Part shown: piece after piece, positions 1 to 9,408 of the stretch
Numbering within the stretch: position 1 is the stretch's first letter
Layout: the number at the start of each line of letters is the position of its first letter
Assembly (NCBI GenBank): GCA_963823335.1
Contig: CAWGLD010000001.1
Coordinates: forward strand, 1,920,001-1,984,000
Direction: 5' to 3'
From: an uncultured delta proteobacterium
GTDB lineage: Bacteria; Desulfobacterota; Desulfobacteria; Desulfobacterales; B30-G6
Length of the DNA stretch: 64,000 bases
Program-made: the position numbers and the translations under genes
Notes under the pieces: model-generated
Told to the model about the DNA's origin: nothing
What the model saw: the letters and a program-made list of their open reading frames with translations, nothing else
Databases searched by the model: none

Positions 1-261
1 CAGATGGTAAGGGCCATCCATGGGGTTATGGGGATGCCGGTGGAGCAGCGCACCTTGACGGACTTCAATTATCGTACCCCCATGACCCATCCCACCGGTC
101 AACCTGGACCCCGCCGAGCAAAGTCTTTGCCAACCAGCCGGAGCAGACCTCAGGGCGGGAACGGCCGCAAACGAAATGGCCGGGCCGCTAAAGGGGCTTT
201 TGCATGGCTTTCGCCTCAAAAGACAAGCAGAAGCAGTGGGTGTGCCGGATCGTCTGCCTAA
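1..261 (+). CDS. 3' end of a probable DEAD-box RNA helicase (RhlE-like), truncated by the window edge
   Basis: Frame open from base 1: QMVRAIHGVMGMPVEQRTLTDFNY followed by a basic R/G-rich tail, resembling RhlE-type C-termini. Confidence 0.45.
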   Translation, partial: QMVRAIHGVMGMPVEQRTLTDFNYRTPMTHPTGQPGPRRAKSLPTSRSRPQGGNGRKRNGRAAKGAFAWLSPQKTSRSSGCAGSSA

Positions 262-325
262 CCCATACAGTGCTGCGGTTCAGACAGACAATAAATAATT
301 GCCACGCATACAGTGAGGAGGAAAA

Positions 326-1096
326 ATGGCTGAACAGGATTTGTTATACAGGGTCGAGAATCGGATCGCCTATCTCACCATCAATCGGGAGACCCAGCGA
401 AATTCCATCAGTGGCGATGTTGTCGCGTTATTTTTTAAATATCTGGACATGGCTAAAAGCGATCAGGCGGTCAGGGCCGTTTGCATCACGGGTGCCGGTG
501 AAAAAGCGTTTTGTGTGGGAGCCGATCTGGGTGGCAGCATGAGTGGCGACGGTCAAGATGGTTTTCAGAAGTATGCCGACCTGATGAAATATATCGCTGC
601 ATTCCCAAAGCCTACCGTGGCGCGGGTCAACGGCTATTGCCTGGCGGGCGGAACCGGATTCATGCTGGCCTGCGATATCGTTATCGCAACTGACAAGGCC
701 CGCTTTGGGACACCGGAGGTCAATGTGGGTCTGTTCCCCATGATGATCGGTGCCTTGATTTTCAGAAATGTTCTCAGAAAAAAAGCCATGGAAATGGTTC
801 TTCTTGGAGAAAAAATGACAGCTGAGCAGGCCCTGGAAATGGGCATGATTACGCGGGTGGTTCCAGCGGACAGACTGGATGAGGAAGTTGACAACGTTCT
901 TCAAGTGCTGTCCCAAAAGAGCCCCATCGGGATAAAGATGGGCAAGGAAGCCTTTTATCAAATGGCCGACATGCCGTTTGAAAAGGCAGTCGATTATCTT
1001 TCCGGGCAGTTAAGGGCGGTGGTGGCCACCGAAGATGCCAAAGAAGGGATTAGCGCCTTTATTGAAAAGCGACCACCTGATTTTACCGGAAAATAG
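326..1096 (+). CDS. Enoyl-CoA hydratase/isomerase (crotonase) family protein
   Basis: AFCVGADL, GYCLAGG and FGTPEVNVG motifs; RBS GAGGAGG upstream. Confidence 0.93.
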   Translation: MAEQDLLYRVENRIAYLTINRETQRNSISGDVVALFFKYLDMAKSDQAVRAVCITGAGEKAFCVGADLGGSMSGDGQDGFQKYADLMKYIAAFPKPTVARVNGYCLAGGTGFMLACDIVIATDKARFGTPEVNVGLFPMMIGALIFRNVLRKKAMEMVLLGEKMTAEQALEMGMITRVVPADRLDEEVDNVLQVLSQKSPIGIKMGKEAFYQMADMPFEKAVDYLSGQLRAVVATEDAKEGISAFIEKRPPDFTGK

Positions 1097-1108
1097 TCCG
1101 TCCATAAT

Positions 1109-2764
1109 TTATTTGGAAATTTCCTCATCCCGCAATATTTTTCTCAGGATTTTCCCCACAGCAGATTTGGGCAGCTCCCCACGAAATTCTACCATTTTTG
1201 GCACCTTGTAGATGGCCAGTTTTGTTTTGCAGAAATCAATGATCTCTTCAGCCGAGGCTGTTTCTCCAGGTCGTAAAACGACAAAGGCTTTCACGGTTTC
1301 ACCTCGGTACTCGTGGGGTATCCCGACAGATACTGCATCCAGCACTTTGGGATGCTGGTAGAGCACTTCATCGATATCCCGCGGATAGATGTTGTAGCCC
1401 CCGGCAATGATCATGTCTTTTTTACGATCCACGATATAAAAATAGCCGTCCTCATCCATCTTGGCGATATCGCCTGTGTGCAGCCAACCATCTTTGAAGG
1501 TTTCGGCCGTTTTTTCAGGGTTTTCCCAGTATTCCTTCATTACCAGGGGACCCTTTATGAGCAATTCCCCCGGCTCACCCTGCGGTACTTCTTTTGTTCC
1601 GGTATCGATATCCACCAGTTTTACATCCATCCCGGGAAAAGGGATGCCGATGGAACCGAATTTTTTCAGACCCATAACAGGATTTGCGATACCCAGGGAG
1701 GTGGTTTCGCTCATCCCCCATCCTTCGCTGTAGGCGATACCCAAATCCTCCACCTGATCGATGAGTTCCACCGGAATCGGTCCACCGCCACTGTTCAGCA
1801 GGTCAAGTTTTTTGGGCAGGTCTATTTCCGCGGCCCGGGGGTGGTTGACAATGGCATTGATCATGGTGGGAACCGCCGGTAAAAAGAAGCTTTTTTCAAG
1901 CCCTGCTATCAGATCCATGAAAGGATCTATTTCAAAGCGGGGGACCAGAATCATGGTGGCACAATTTAACATGCCCCAGTTCAAGCAGACAATGTTGGCG
2001 TACACGTGAAAGAACGGTAATACACACATGACAACCCTGTCCGCGGGTGACGAATACTGCATGGATGCGGAACCCCACAGAAAACAGAGGTGTGCTGCGG
2101 CCACCATGTTGGCATGGGTCAATACGGCCCCCTTGGGAATACCGGTGGTGCCGCCGGTAAACTGAATCAAGGCAGCATCTTCGAGGTTTATTTCCACCTT
2201 GGGTCTTTTCAGATTTTGACTGTTGTCCAACAACTGGGAGAAATGGTGCCACTGATTGTCCATCTGCAGGGTTTCCGGTGTGCTGATGTCCACGCCATCC
2301 ATGAAATCAAAGACAGATGTGGCAATCACCCTGGGGATCTCTACTTCCGCGGTAACAGCTTTAACGTTGGGGATCACCATATCAAAGGTGATAAATGTCG
2401 AAACCCCTGTTTGCTTGACCAGGGCAATCAGTTCTTCCGGAGTGTAAAGAGGATTAAAATTGACAACGATGGCACCCACATAGAGCGTGGCATAATAGGA
2501 AATCAGGTACTGGGGGATGTTGGGTAGATGGAGTCCCACTCGATCTCCTTTTTTGATACCCAGTTCAGAAAAAGCATTGGCCAGTCGAACAGCCTTTTCA
2601 CGTAATTCCCAGAAGGTTATCTCTGATCCATAATAATTGAGGGCCGGTTTGTCCGGAAAAGCGTTGCAGGGTATATCCAGCAGGGCCTGAACAGGTATGC
2701 GTGGGAACCGATAACTGGTTAGAACGTTATAATCATAATGTTGATGCCATATGCGCTCTTCCAT
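1109..2764 (-). CDS. Long-chain fatty acid--CoA ligase
   Basis: FTGGTTGIPKG, EGWGMSE, TGD and PKSAVGKILRK motifs; start placed at MEERIW after GGAGGAG RBS. Confidence 0.93.
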   Translation of the reverse strand: MEERIWHQHYDYNVLTSYRFPRIPVQALLDIPCNAFPDKPALNYYGSEITFWELREKAVRLANAFSELGIKKGDRVGLHLPNIPQYLISYYATLYVGAIVVNFNPLYTPEELIALVKQTGVSTFITFDMVIPNVKAVTAEVEIPRVIATSVFDFMDGVDISTPETLQMDNQWHHFSQLLDNSQNLKRPKVEINLEDAALIQFTGGTTGIPKGAVLTHANMVAAAHLCFLWGSASMQYSSPADRVVMCVLPFFHVYANIVCLNWGMLNCATMILVPRFEIDPFMDLIAGLEKSFFLPAVPTMINAIVNHPRAAEIDLPKKLDLLNSGGGPIPVELIDQVEDLGIAYSEGWGMSETTSLGIANPVMGLKKFGSIGIPFPGMDVKLVDIDTGTKEVPQGEPGELLIKGPLVMKEYWENPEKTAETFKDGWLHTGDIAKMDEDGYFYIVDRKKDMIIAGGYNIYPRDIDEVLYQHPKVLDAVSVGIPHEYRGETVKAFVVLRPGETASAEEIIDFCKTKLAIYKVPKMVEFRGELPKSAVGKILRKILRDEEISK

Positions 2765-2804
2765 ATTTTCTCCTCCAGGGATAGGAATTTTTGTTTTTGT
2801 TCTG

Positions 2805-2848
2805 GAGCGACAATGTCGCGTTCGATAAAATCGTCCTACGATTTTATT
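2805..2848. repeat. Repeat family B (GCGACAATGTCGC plus ATAAAATCGT-cct-ACGATTTTAT double hairpin), copy 1
   Basis: Two adjacent inverted repeats; related copies at 11649, 12291, 28410 and 38797; overlaps the TAA stop of the 2844-3614 gene. Confidence 0.85.
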
Positions 2849-3614
2849 CACCCGAAAACACGGGATCTCTCTTTTCTAGAAAGGCGGTAAACCCTTCCAT
2901 GCAGTCCTTGGACTTGCTGACGACTGCCGAACCCTGGGTTTCGACCTCGAGCCCTTCATCGATACCTTTATACGCACCGGCGGCAATGGCTCTTAGAACA
3001 CAACTGACAGCAATAGGGGGTCTCTGGGCAAGTTTTTCAGCAAAAGCAAACACGTCTTCCATCAGTTTTTCCGGAGGGGAGATTTGATTTACCAGCCCGA
3101 TTTCGAGCGCTTCTCTGGCATTGATTTTTTTGCTGAACAGGATCATGTCCAGGGCCTTGGCTTTTCCGATAATCAGGGGCAGACGCTGTGTCCCGCCCCA
3201 CCCGGGAATGATACCAAGATTCAATTCTGTAAGACCCAGCATGACCTTGGGTCCGTCTGCCATGATGCGAAAATGGCAGCACATGGCCAGTTCAAGGCCG
3301 CCACCCAGGGCAAAGCCGTTAATCGCTGCAACAACCGGTTTGGGAAAGCGGTCGATCCGCCGCCACAATTCCCGTCCCTTGGGGCTGGTTTGATGGCTGT
3401 TGGCAGCATCACTCACATCGAATCCCGCTGAGAAGCATTTTTCACCGGCACCGGTGAGAACGACGACCCGGACATCCTTATCGTTTTCGACGCCATCGAC
3501 CACTTTTTCAAAATCCAGCATGGTGGCCAGATTCCATGCGTTTGCAGGGGGGTGGTTGATGGTAATGACGGCCACGTGGCCCTTTTTTTCGAGGTTGATA
3601 TTTTCAAGTTCCAT
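2844..3614 (-). CDS. Enoyl-CoA hydratase (crotonase family)
   Basis: FSAGFDV, GFALGGGLELA and ELNLGIIPGWGGTQRL motifs. Confidence 0.93.
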   Translation of the reverse strand: MELENINLEKKGHVAVITINHPPANAWNLATMLDFEKVVDGVENDKDVRVVVLTGAGEKCFSAGFDVSDAANSHQTSPKGRELWRRIDRFPKPVVAAINGFALGGGLELAMCCHFRIMADGPKVMLGLTELNLGIIPGWGGTQRLPLIIGKAKALDMILFSKKINAREALEIGLVNQISPPEKLMEDVFAFAEKLAQRPPIAVSCVLRAIAAGAYKGIDEGLEVETQGSAVVSKSKDCMEGFTAFLEKRDPVFSGE

Positions 3615-3625
3615 GACTAACTCCT

Positions 3626-3734
3626 AACCCGGAAAACCGGTAAAGAAAAAAGTATTACGAAAACACGAAAATAGGAAATCATGAAAAACTGCAAGAATAA
3701 TTTTTTGCTTTTAAGATTTCGTGTTTTCGTGATT
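3626..3734. repeat. Repeat family C (CACGAAA units ... TTTCGTG units hairpin), copy 1
   Basis: acgaaaacacgaaa...tttcgtgttttcgtgat; shares aacccggaaaa(a)ccgg with the copy at 50605. Confidence 0.7.
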
Positions 3735-3737
3735 TGA

Positions 3738-4889
3738 TTATTTATAGTCCCCATCCTTGATCATCTGCGTAGGCTTGAAGATCTCCTTGTTGAATCTTTC
3801 TGCAAGACCTTCGAGTCGTTTGGTCAGATCTGCAGGTTCGATACCCTTGACCAGGGCCATGGGGCCAAACGGGCTTCCAGTGGCATTCATGATGGCCGTG
3901 TCCACATCTTCGAGGGCGCAGGCCCCTTCGGCGATGATCTTGGTGGCCTCGTTGGCATTGACGGCCACCAGGTCCATGGGGTCCAGCTTGTCGGTTGCCT
4001 TGGAAACGTCGATTGCCGGGCGGCCGGCTGACCAGTCAAACAGGCCTTTGCCCGTTTTCTTGCCCAGTTCGTTGGCTTTGAATTTTGCAGTAAGGACTTC
4101 CCCGGCACGAAAATCTTCGTGGATAGCTTCCGCGAAATAGGCGCTGCCATGATATGAGATGTCGAGCCCTGTGTAGTCCATGGTTTCGTAAGGACCCATG
4201 GGGGATCCCATCTTTCGGAAAATGGCATCCACCGCTTCGGGCTCGGCGATTTTTTTGTCCAGGATACACCCCAGCAGTACGCCGCTGGGGGCCTGACACC
4301 GGTTTACGATAAATCCGGGAACATCCTTGTGGACTCTTACGGGGACTTTGTTGATTTTCATCACAAAGTCGTAGCCGATCTGCATGGTTTCGTCGGTGGT
4401 CTTTTCGCCTTTGATCACCTCCACCAGTTTCATGATAACGGCCGGGTTGAAGTAGTGCAGACCCAATACTTTTTCCGGTCTGCTGGTGGCCGATGCAATC
4501 TCGGTAATTTTCATGGTGGAGGTGTTGGATGCGAAGATGGTGTGGGCCGGGGCTGCCGCATCCATGGTCTTGAATGTTTCCTTTTTCAGGTCCATAATCT
4601 CTGGAATGGCCTCGATCACCAGGTCGGCCTCTTTGACGGCTTCTTCCAGATCCGTACACGGAACCATCAATTCGGATTTGATTTTTTCGAAATGGTCGGC
4701 CGGAACTTTTCCCTTGGATACCAGTTTTTCCAGACTGGCATTGATGCGTCCCACACCCCGGTCCACAAATTCCTGGTTGATGTCCCGTAGAAAAACCTTG
4801 TAACCGGCAATCAGGGCCACTTCCGCAATGCCGTGTCCCATATCCCCTGCGCCGATGACCGCAATTGTTTTGATGTCGTCGATGTTCAG
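3738..4889 (-). CDS. 3-hydroxyacyl-CoA dehydrogenase with a duplicated C-terminal domain
   Basis: GAGDMG Rossmann motif, SNTST, HYFNP, two GP helices; start inferred at CTG (or a miscalled ATG) after AAGGAGG, matching MKIDDIK of the paralog at 50364. Confidence 0.9.
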   Translation of the reverse strand: MNIDDIKTIAVIGAGDMGHGIAEVALIAGYKVFLRDINQEFVDRGVGRINASLEKLVSKGKVPADHFEKIKSELMVPCTDLEEAVKEADLVIEAIPEIMDLKKETFKTMDAAAPAHTIFASNTSTMKITEIASATSRPEKVLGLHYFNPAVIMKLVEVIKGEKTTDETMQIGYDFVMKINKVPVRVHKDVPGFIVNRCQAPSGVLLGCILDKKIAEPEAVDAIFRKMGSPMGPYETMDYTGLDISYHGSAYFAEAIHEDFRAGEVLTAKFKANELGKKTGKGLFDWSAGRPAIDVSKATDKLDPMDLVAVNANEATKIIAEGACALEDVDTAIMNATGSPFGPMALVKGIEPADLTKRLEGLAERFNKEIFKPTQMIKDGDYK

Positions 4890-5067
4890 ATGTTGTCTAT
4901 TTCCTCCTTGATTATTCGGCATTTCGCGTTACGCTAGGGCTCACAGAACGCAATGAACAAGCCGATTGGAATCCAACCGTTAACCTTATGGCCAGCGCTG
5001 ATGTTAGGAGTCCTTGCGGCGAGTTCGCAAAGTGCCAGGGAATATTCATTCGCGTTCGCGCCCAAGG

Positions 5068-5118
5068 AGTAAGCTGTAAGCGGTCGACTGCTCAAGGCTC
5101 AAGGCTTACAGCTTATCG
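5068..5118. repeat. Short-period (about 7 nt) repeat hairpin, family E
   Basis: taagctgtaagc...ctcaaggctcaaggcttacagcttatcgc; similar to 38214-38258. Confidence 0.55.
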
Positions 5119-5122
5119 CTGA

Positions 5123-6940
5123 TTATAACCCCCCAAACCCGTCATCCTCGATTTCTATGGCTGCGGCGCATCCGGCTTCAATGGCATTCATCTTGCCCAT
5201 GACTTCCGGAAGGATGGTTTTGATATAAAATTCTGCCGTCTTGACCTGTCCGCCATAAAAGGCCATATCCTTTTTCTTGGCTCCCTTGGCAAGCTGGGTG
5301 GCTGCCACGGTTGCGCGCCACAGAAGCATCCAGGCCATGATGGTGTCCCCGATGACATTCAAAAAGGGGAGTGAGTGTGCAAACGCCACCTTGAATTCGA
5401 GTGACATGGCTCTCTTGCCCATGGCCATGGAGATTTCTCCCAGGCGGTTTGCCGCAGCTTCCACGTCTCCTGCAAGTGCTGCTGGTCCTTCAAGCTCTTT
5501 GGCCTGGGCAATGGTTTTGTGAATTTCCTGGAGCAGGCTCATAAACACCCGTCCTTCTTTCTTGCCGAGCTTTCGGGCCAGCATGTCCATGGCCTGGATG
5601 CCGCTGGTGCCTTCATAGATGGAAGTGATCTTGCAGTCCCTGGCATACTGTTCCGTCAGATAGTCCTGGCAGTACCCGGCACCGCCATACACCTGGATCG
5701 CCTGGATACACACCTCATGACCACGCGTGGCCAGATAATCCTTGATGGACGGCGTGAGCATGTCGAAAAGATCCGCAAAGTATTCCCGCTTTTCTTCGGT
5801 TTCTTCGAGCGCCCCCCTGGTGGCACAGGATATCAGGTAATGGAAAAAACTGCGCATGCCATCCACATAGGATTTCATCCATAAAAGATTGCGGCGTACA
5901 TCCGGGTGTTTAATAATGGGAACCGAGGGTGCTGACTGGTTTTTAAAATCCTCCAGATTCCGGCCTTGCGTTCTTTCCCGGGCATAATTGACCGCCAGCA
6001 TATAAGCGGCGGATGCATAGGACATACCCTGCAGACCGGTACTCATACGGGCGCCGTTGATCATATTGAACATCACTTTCATGCCTTCCTTGGCGTTACC
6101 CAGGAGGTAACCCGTGCACGCACCCTTGCTGCCCATGGCCATGCTGCAGGTGGCGCTGCCGTGAATACCGTGCTTCTCTTCAACACCAGTGCAGACAACA
6201 TCGTTACGCTCGCCCAGACTGCCGTCATCATTGACCAGATATTTTGGTACGATGAAAATGGATATACCCTTCGTGCCGGGAGGATCTCCTTCGATACGCG
6301 CCAGGACCGGGTGAATAATATTTTCACATAAATCGTGTTCACCATTGGTTATAAAAATTTTATTGCCGGACAGACTGTAGGTGCCGTCATCGTTCTTTTT
6401 AGCCGTGGTTTCTAGCGCGCCCACGTCACTCCCGGCCTGGGATTCGGTGAGCAGCATGGTGCCGCCCCATTTTCCTGCAACGATATTAGGGATATATTTT
6501 TCTTTCTGCTCGGGGGTACCATATAGGTCGATCATTCTTGCCGTACCGGTTCCCATGCTGGCATAGGTAAACAGAGCCCAGTTGGCGCCAAGAAAGTATT
6601 CGGCGCAGGCGACACCCACAAAACCGGGCACGCCCTGACCGCCCAATTCGGGGGATACGCCCAGACTCTGCCACTCACCCTCCAGAATCAGGCGGTGGGC
6701 ATCGTGAAAACAGTCGGGGACTTTGACGCCGCCCTTGTCAAACCGAACGCCCTGCTTGTCGCCCTCAGCAAGGGTTGGAAGCATCTCCTTGATAGCAAGA
6801 GCGCGTGCTTCGGTGATGATCATGTCGCAGGTTTTTTTATTGAACTCTTTGTAAACACCCTTGCCGAGAATCGACTCTGCCTTCATCTGTTCCCAGATCA
6901 CAAAATCGAGGTCGCGTCTGTCCACCAGTTGTTGTGCCAT
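5123..6940 (-). CDS. Acyl-CoA dehydrogenase (long, ~600 aa type)
   Basis: LTESQAGSDVG, GNKIFIT, GTKGISIF, QVYGGAGY and IYEGT motifs. Confidence 0.93.
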   Translation of the reverse strand: MAQQLVDRRDLDFVIWEQMKAESILGKGVYKEFNKKTCDMIITEARALAIKEMLPTLAEGDKQGVRFDKGGVKVPDCFHDAHRLILEGEWQSLGVSPELGGQGVPGFVGVACAEYFLGANWALFTYASMGTGTARMIDLYGTPEQKEKYIPNIVAGKWGGTMLLTESQAGSDVGALETTAKKNDDGTYSLSGNKIFITNGEHDLCENIIHPVLARIEGDPPGTKGISIFIVPKYLVNDDGSLGERNDVVCTGVEEKHGIHGSATCSMAMGSKGACTGYLLGNAKEGMKVMFNMINGARMSTGLQGMSYASAAYMLAVNYARERTQGRNLEDFKNQSAPSVPIIKHPDVRRNLLWMKSYVDGMRSFFHYLISCATRGALEETEEKREYFADLFDMLTPSIKDYLATRGHEVCIQAIQVYGGAGYCQDYLTEQYARDCKITSIYEGTSGIQAMDMLARKLGKKEGRVFMSLLQEIHKTIAQAKELEGPAALAGDVEAAANRLGEISMAMGKRAMSLEFKVAFAHSLPFLNVIGDTIMAWMLLWRATVAATQLAKGAKKKDMAFYGGQVKTAEFYIKTILPEVMGKMNAIEAGCAAAIEIEDDGFGGL

Positions 6941-7132
6941 TTTTTTCTTTTCTCCTATTCAGACCAAACAAGTTCTGTAAATTAAAACATCTTTCGGAAT
7001 AGAAATGAGATATTTTTTTCAAGATCAAGGATGCTCTGGAAATGCGCGGAGGCATACTGCAGTATGTCGCACAAGCAATTTCCAGAGCAGACGTAGAGAT
7101 TGAGAAAAATAGCCATTTCTAACCGAAAGAAG

Positions 7133-8344
7133 CTACAATTGGAGGTTTTCGATGACCGTAGCCACCCCCAGCCCACCGCCGCAGCAGGAGCCGAACACGC
7201 CGTAGCGGCCACTTGTTGCGGATCATGTGCCGCATGGCAAACATACCGATCCTGGCGCCGGATGCACCATTGGGGTGGCCAAACGCTATGGCGCCCCCCA
7301 TGGGATTCCACTTGTCCATATCCACTTTTTCACCGGTCTGTTTTTCGATCTCTTTGATAACGGCCAGATTCTGTACGGCAAAGGCTTCGTTGCATTCCAT
7401 GACATCCATGTCGGAAAGTTTCAGGCCTGCCCGCTCGATGGCCATGGGCATGGCGTACGCCGGTCCGATGCCCATGATTTTGGGATCGCAGCCATAGTCT
7501 GCACCGGCCAGCCATTTGGCCATGGGTTCGTATCCCAGTTCCTTGGCCTTTTCCGCACTCATCATGAGTACGAAAGCTGCGCCGTCGTTCTGGCCCGATG
7601 AGTTGCCGGCTGTGACGGTGCCGCCCATTTTGAAGACCGGCGGCAGTTTGGCCATGCCTTCCAGGGTTGAACTGGGGCGCGGGTGCTCGTCCACCTTGAA
7701 TTCGTATTCGGGTGTTTTGCGGGTGGCAGGAATGGTGACCGGAACGATTTCGTCTTCAAAATAACCGGCTTCCATGGCAGCCTTGGCCCGCATCTGGCTG
7801 TTGTAGGCAAATTCGTCCGATGCCTCCCGGGGGATGTCGTACATCTCCTGGAGATTTTCAGCCGTGATGCCCATACCGATGCACTCTTCAGCCACCGGGG
7901 ACAACTGGGGCGGGATCGGCATGGGCGGTATCAGCTTGATAGGGCGGTGTGGCCATGGAAAACTTTGATGGCCATCTGGCTGTAGGACTCCATGCCGCCG
8001 GCGATGATGATGTCGGCCTGGTTGGCCAGGATTTTCCAGGCCGCATGGTTGATGGAATCGATGGCGCTGCCGCACTGCATTTCAACATAGGAGGCAGATG
8101 TTTCGTAGCCCAGGCCGGACGCCAGCATGGCATGACGGGCCGGATTACCAGCTTTAGAACAGCCGGTGGCTGAACCCAGAAACACGCTGTCCACATGGGC
8201 CTTTTCCTTGATTTTTGTTTTTTCAAGGAGGCCGTCGATCCCGATACCACCCAGTTTGGATGCATAAATGTCCTTCAGGGTTCCGCCCATGCGGCCAAAT
8301 GCCGTACGAACACCGTCAACGATTACCACTTCTCTTTGTGCCAT
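7133..8344 (-). CDS. Acetyl-CoA C-acyltransferase (thiolase), frameshifted near 7960 and 7215
   Basis: QCGS, NEAF, GHPNGASG and CCGGG motifs lie in successive frames; reconstructed end VATVIENLQL* stops at 7133. Confidence 0.88.
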
Positions 8345-8455
8345 GGGTTTATTCTCCTTTTTTATATTCCAAAGTGGTTGCCAAAGGTGAAAATTGAGTT
8401 ACAAGCCGGAATCTTTTACATACGATTAATTAAAAACGGTTGTCAAGAAAATAAA

Positions 8456-8483
8456 AACATACAACATAGCAGTGCTATGTCAA
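8456..8483 (-). promoter_or_regulatory. Putative sigma70 promoter for the thiolase operon with an overlapping palindromic operator
   Basis: Minus strand TTGACA-16 nt-TATGTT; perfect inverted repeat ACATAGCA-g-TGCTATGT at 8464-8480. Confidence 0.6.
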
Positions 8484-8515
8484 TAATGATTTAATATTAA
8501 ATAATATATTAAAGA

Positions 8516-8543
8516 TTGACAAGTATTAAATAATAATTATACT
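8516..8543 (+). promoter_or_regulatory. Putative sigma70 promoter for the MerR regulator operon
   Basis: TTGACA-16 nt-TATACT in an AT-rich divergent intergenic region. Confidence 0.65.
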
Positions 8544-8618
8544 GATGGTCGAATCAATGGGATTTCAACACGTTCGGCAAGTGAAAATCCTTATTCATCA
8601 ATGGGGCTGGGAGGCCGT

Positions 8619-9343
8619 ATGAAGTTAAGGGAACTCGTCGAGAAAACAGGTGTATCCACGGAGACGATCCAGTTTTATCTTCGGGAGGGTGTTCTTCCCA
8701 AGCCGCGCAAACGCGGCAGGGCCCAGGCAGACTATGGTGAGCACTATGTGGATCTCATCAGTCTGATCAAGAATCTCCAGGAAAAGCACTTTCTGCCCCT
8801 CTCCATCATCAAAAAGACCATCAAGCGACTGAAAAAACTCAGTCCCCAGCCAGGAACACTACTTTCACATGCAGAGTGAATTTTTCAGCCCTGTGGGGCA
8901 TCTTCTTTCCCAGCAGGAAGTGACCGGTGAAGCGCAATTTTTGGAAATAACAGGTTTGGGAAAAAAATGGCTGGCCAGAGCTGAGACCTGGGGAATTATC
9001 ACGGCTGAAATCCACAACGGCGAAAAAACATACGCATCAGATGATGTGGCCATCGGAAGGTTGATGGTGGAGATGGATCATGTGGGTATGGGACCCAAGG
9101 ACGGTTTCAACCCCGAAGTGCTTCGGCACTACAAGGATCGTCTGCAGGAAATGATCCCTAGTCTCAATCGTCAGTTCGCAGACCACTTCTACGGGAAAAG
9201 TGTCAGAGGATGAATTCGCTGAAATAGGGTTTAGTGCCCTGAATCTGATGGGCTTCTATTTCTTTTTCCTGTTTCGCAAACTGGCGCACAAAGATACTCT
9301 TGCCCGGATCGTGCAACTGGAAAAAAGAAAACCGACCCCCTGA
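8619..9343 (+). CDS. MerR-family transcriptional regulator, frameshifted near 8860 and 9197
   Basis: MKLRELVEKTGVSTETIQFYLREGVLP MerR HTH; continues in ORF 8869-9213 and in a third frame ending KRKPTP*. Confidence 0.85.
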
Positions 9344-9408
9344 GAAATGTCTCAAAAGGGCGATCAACCAACCATGTAAGATCCGAATCTCGGTATAAGG
9401 AGAAAAGA

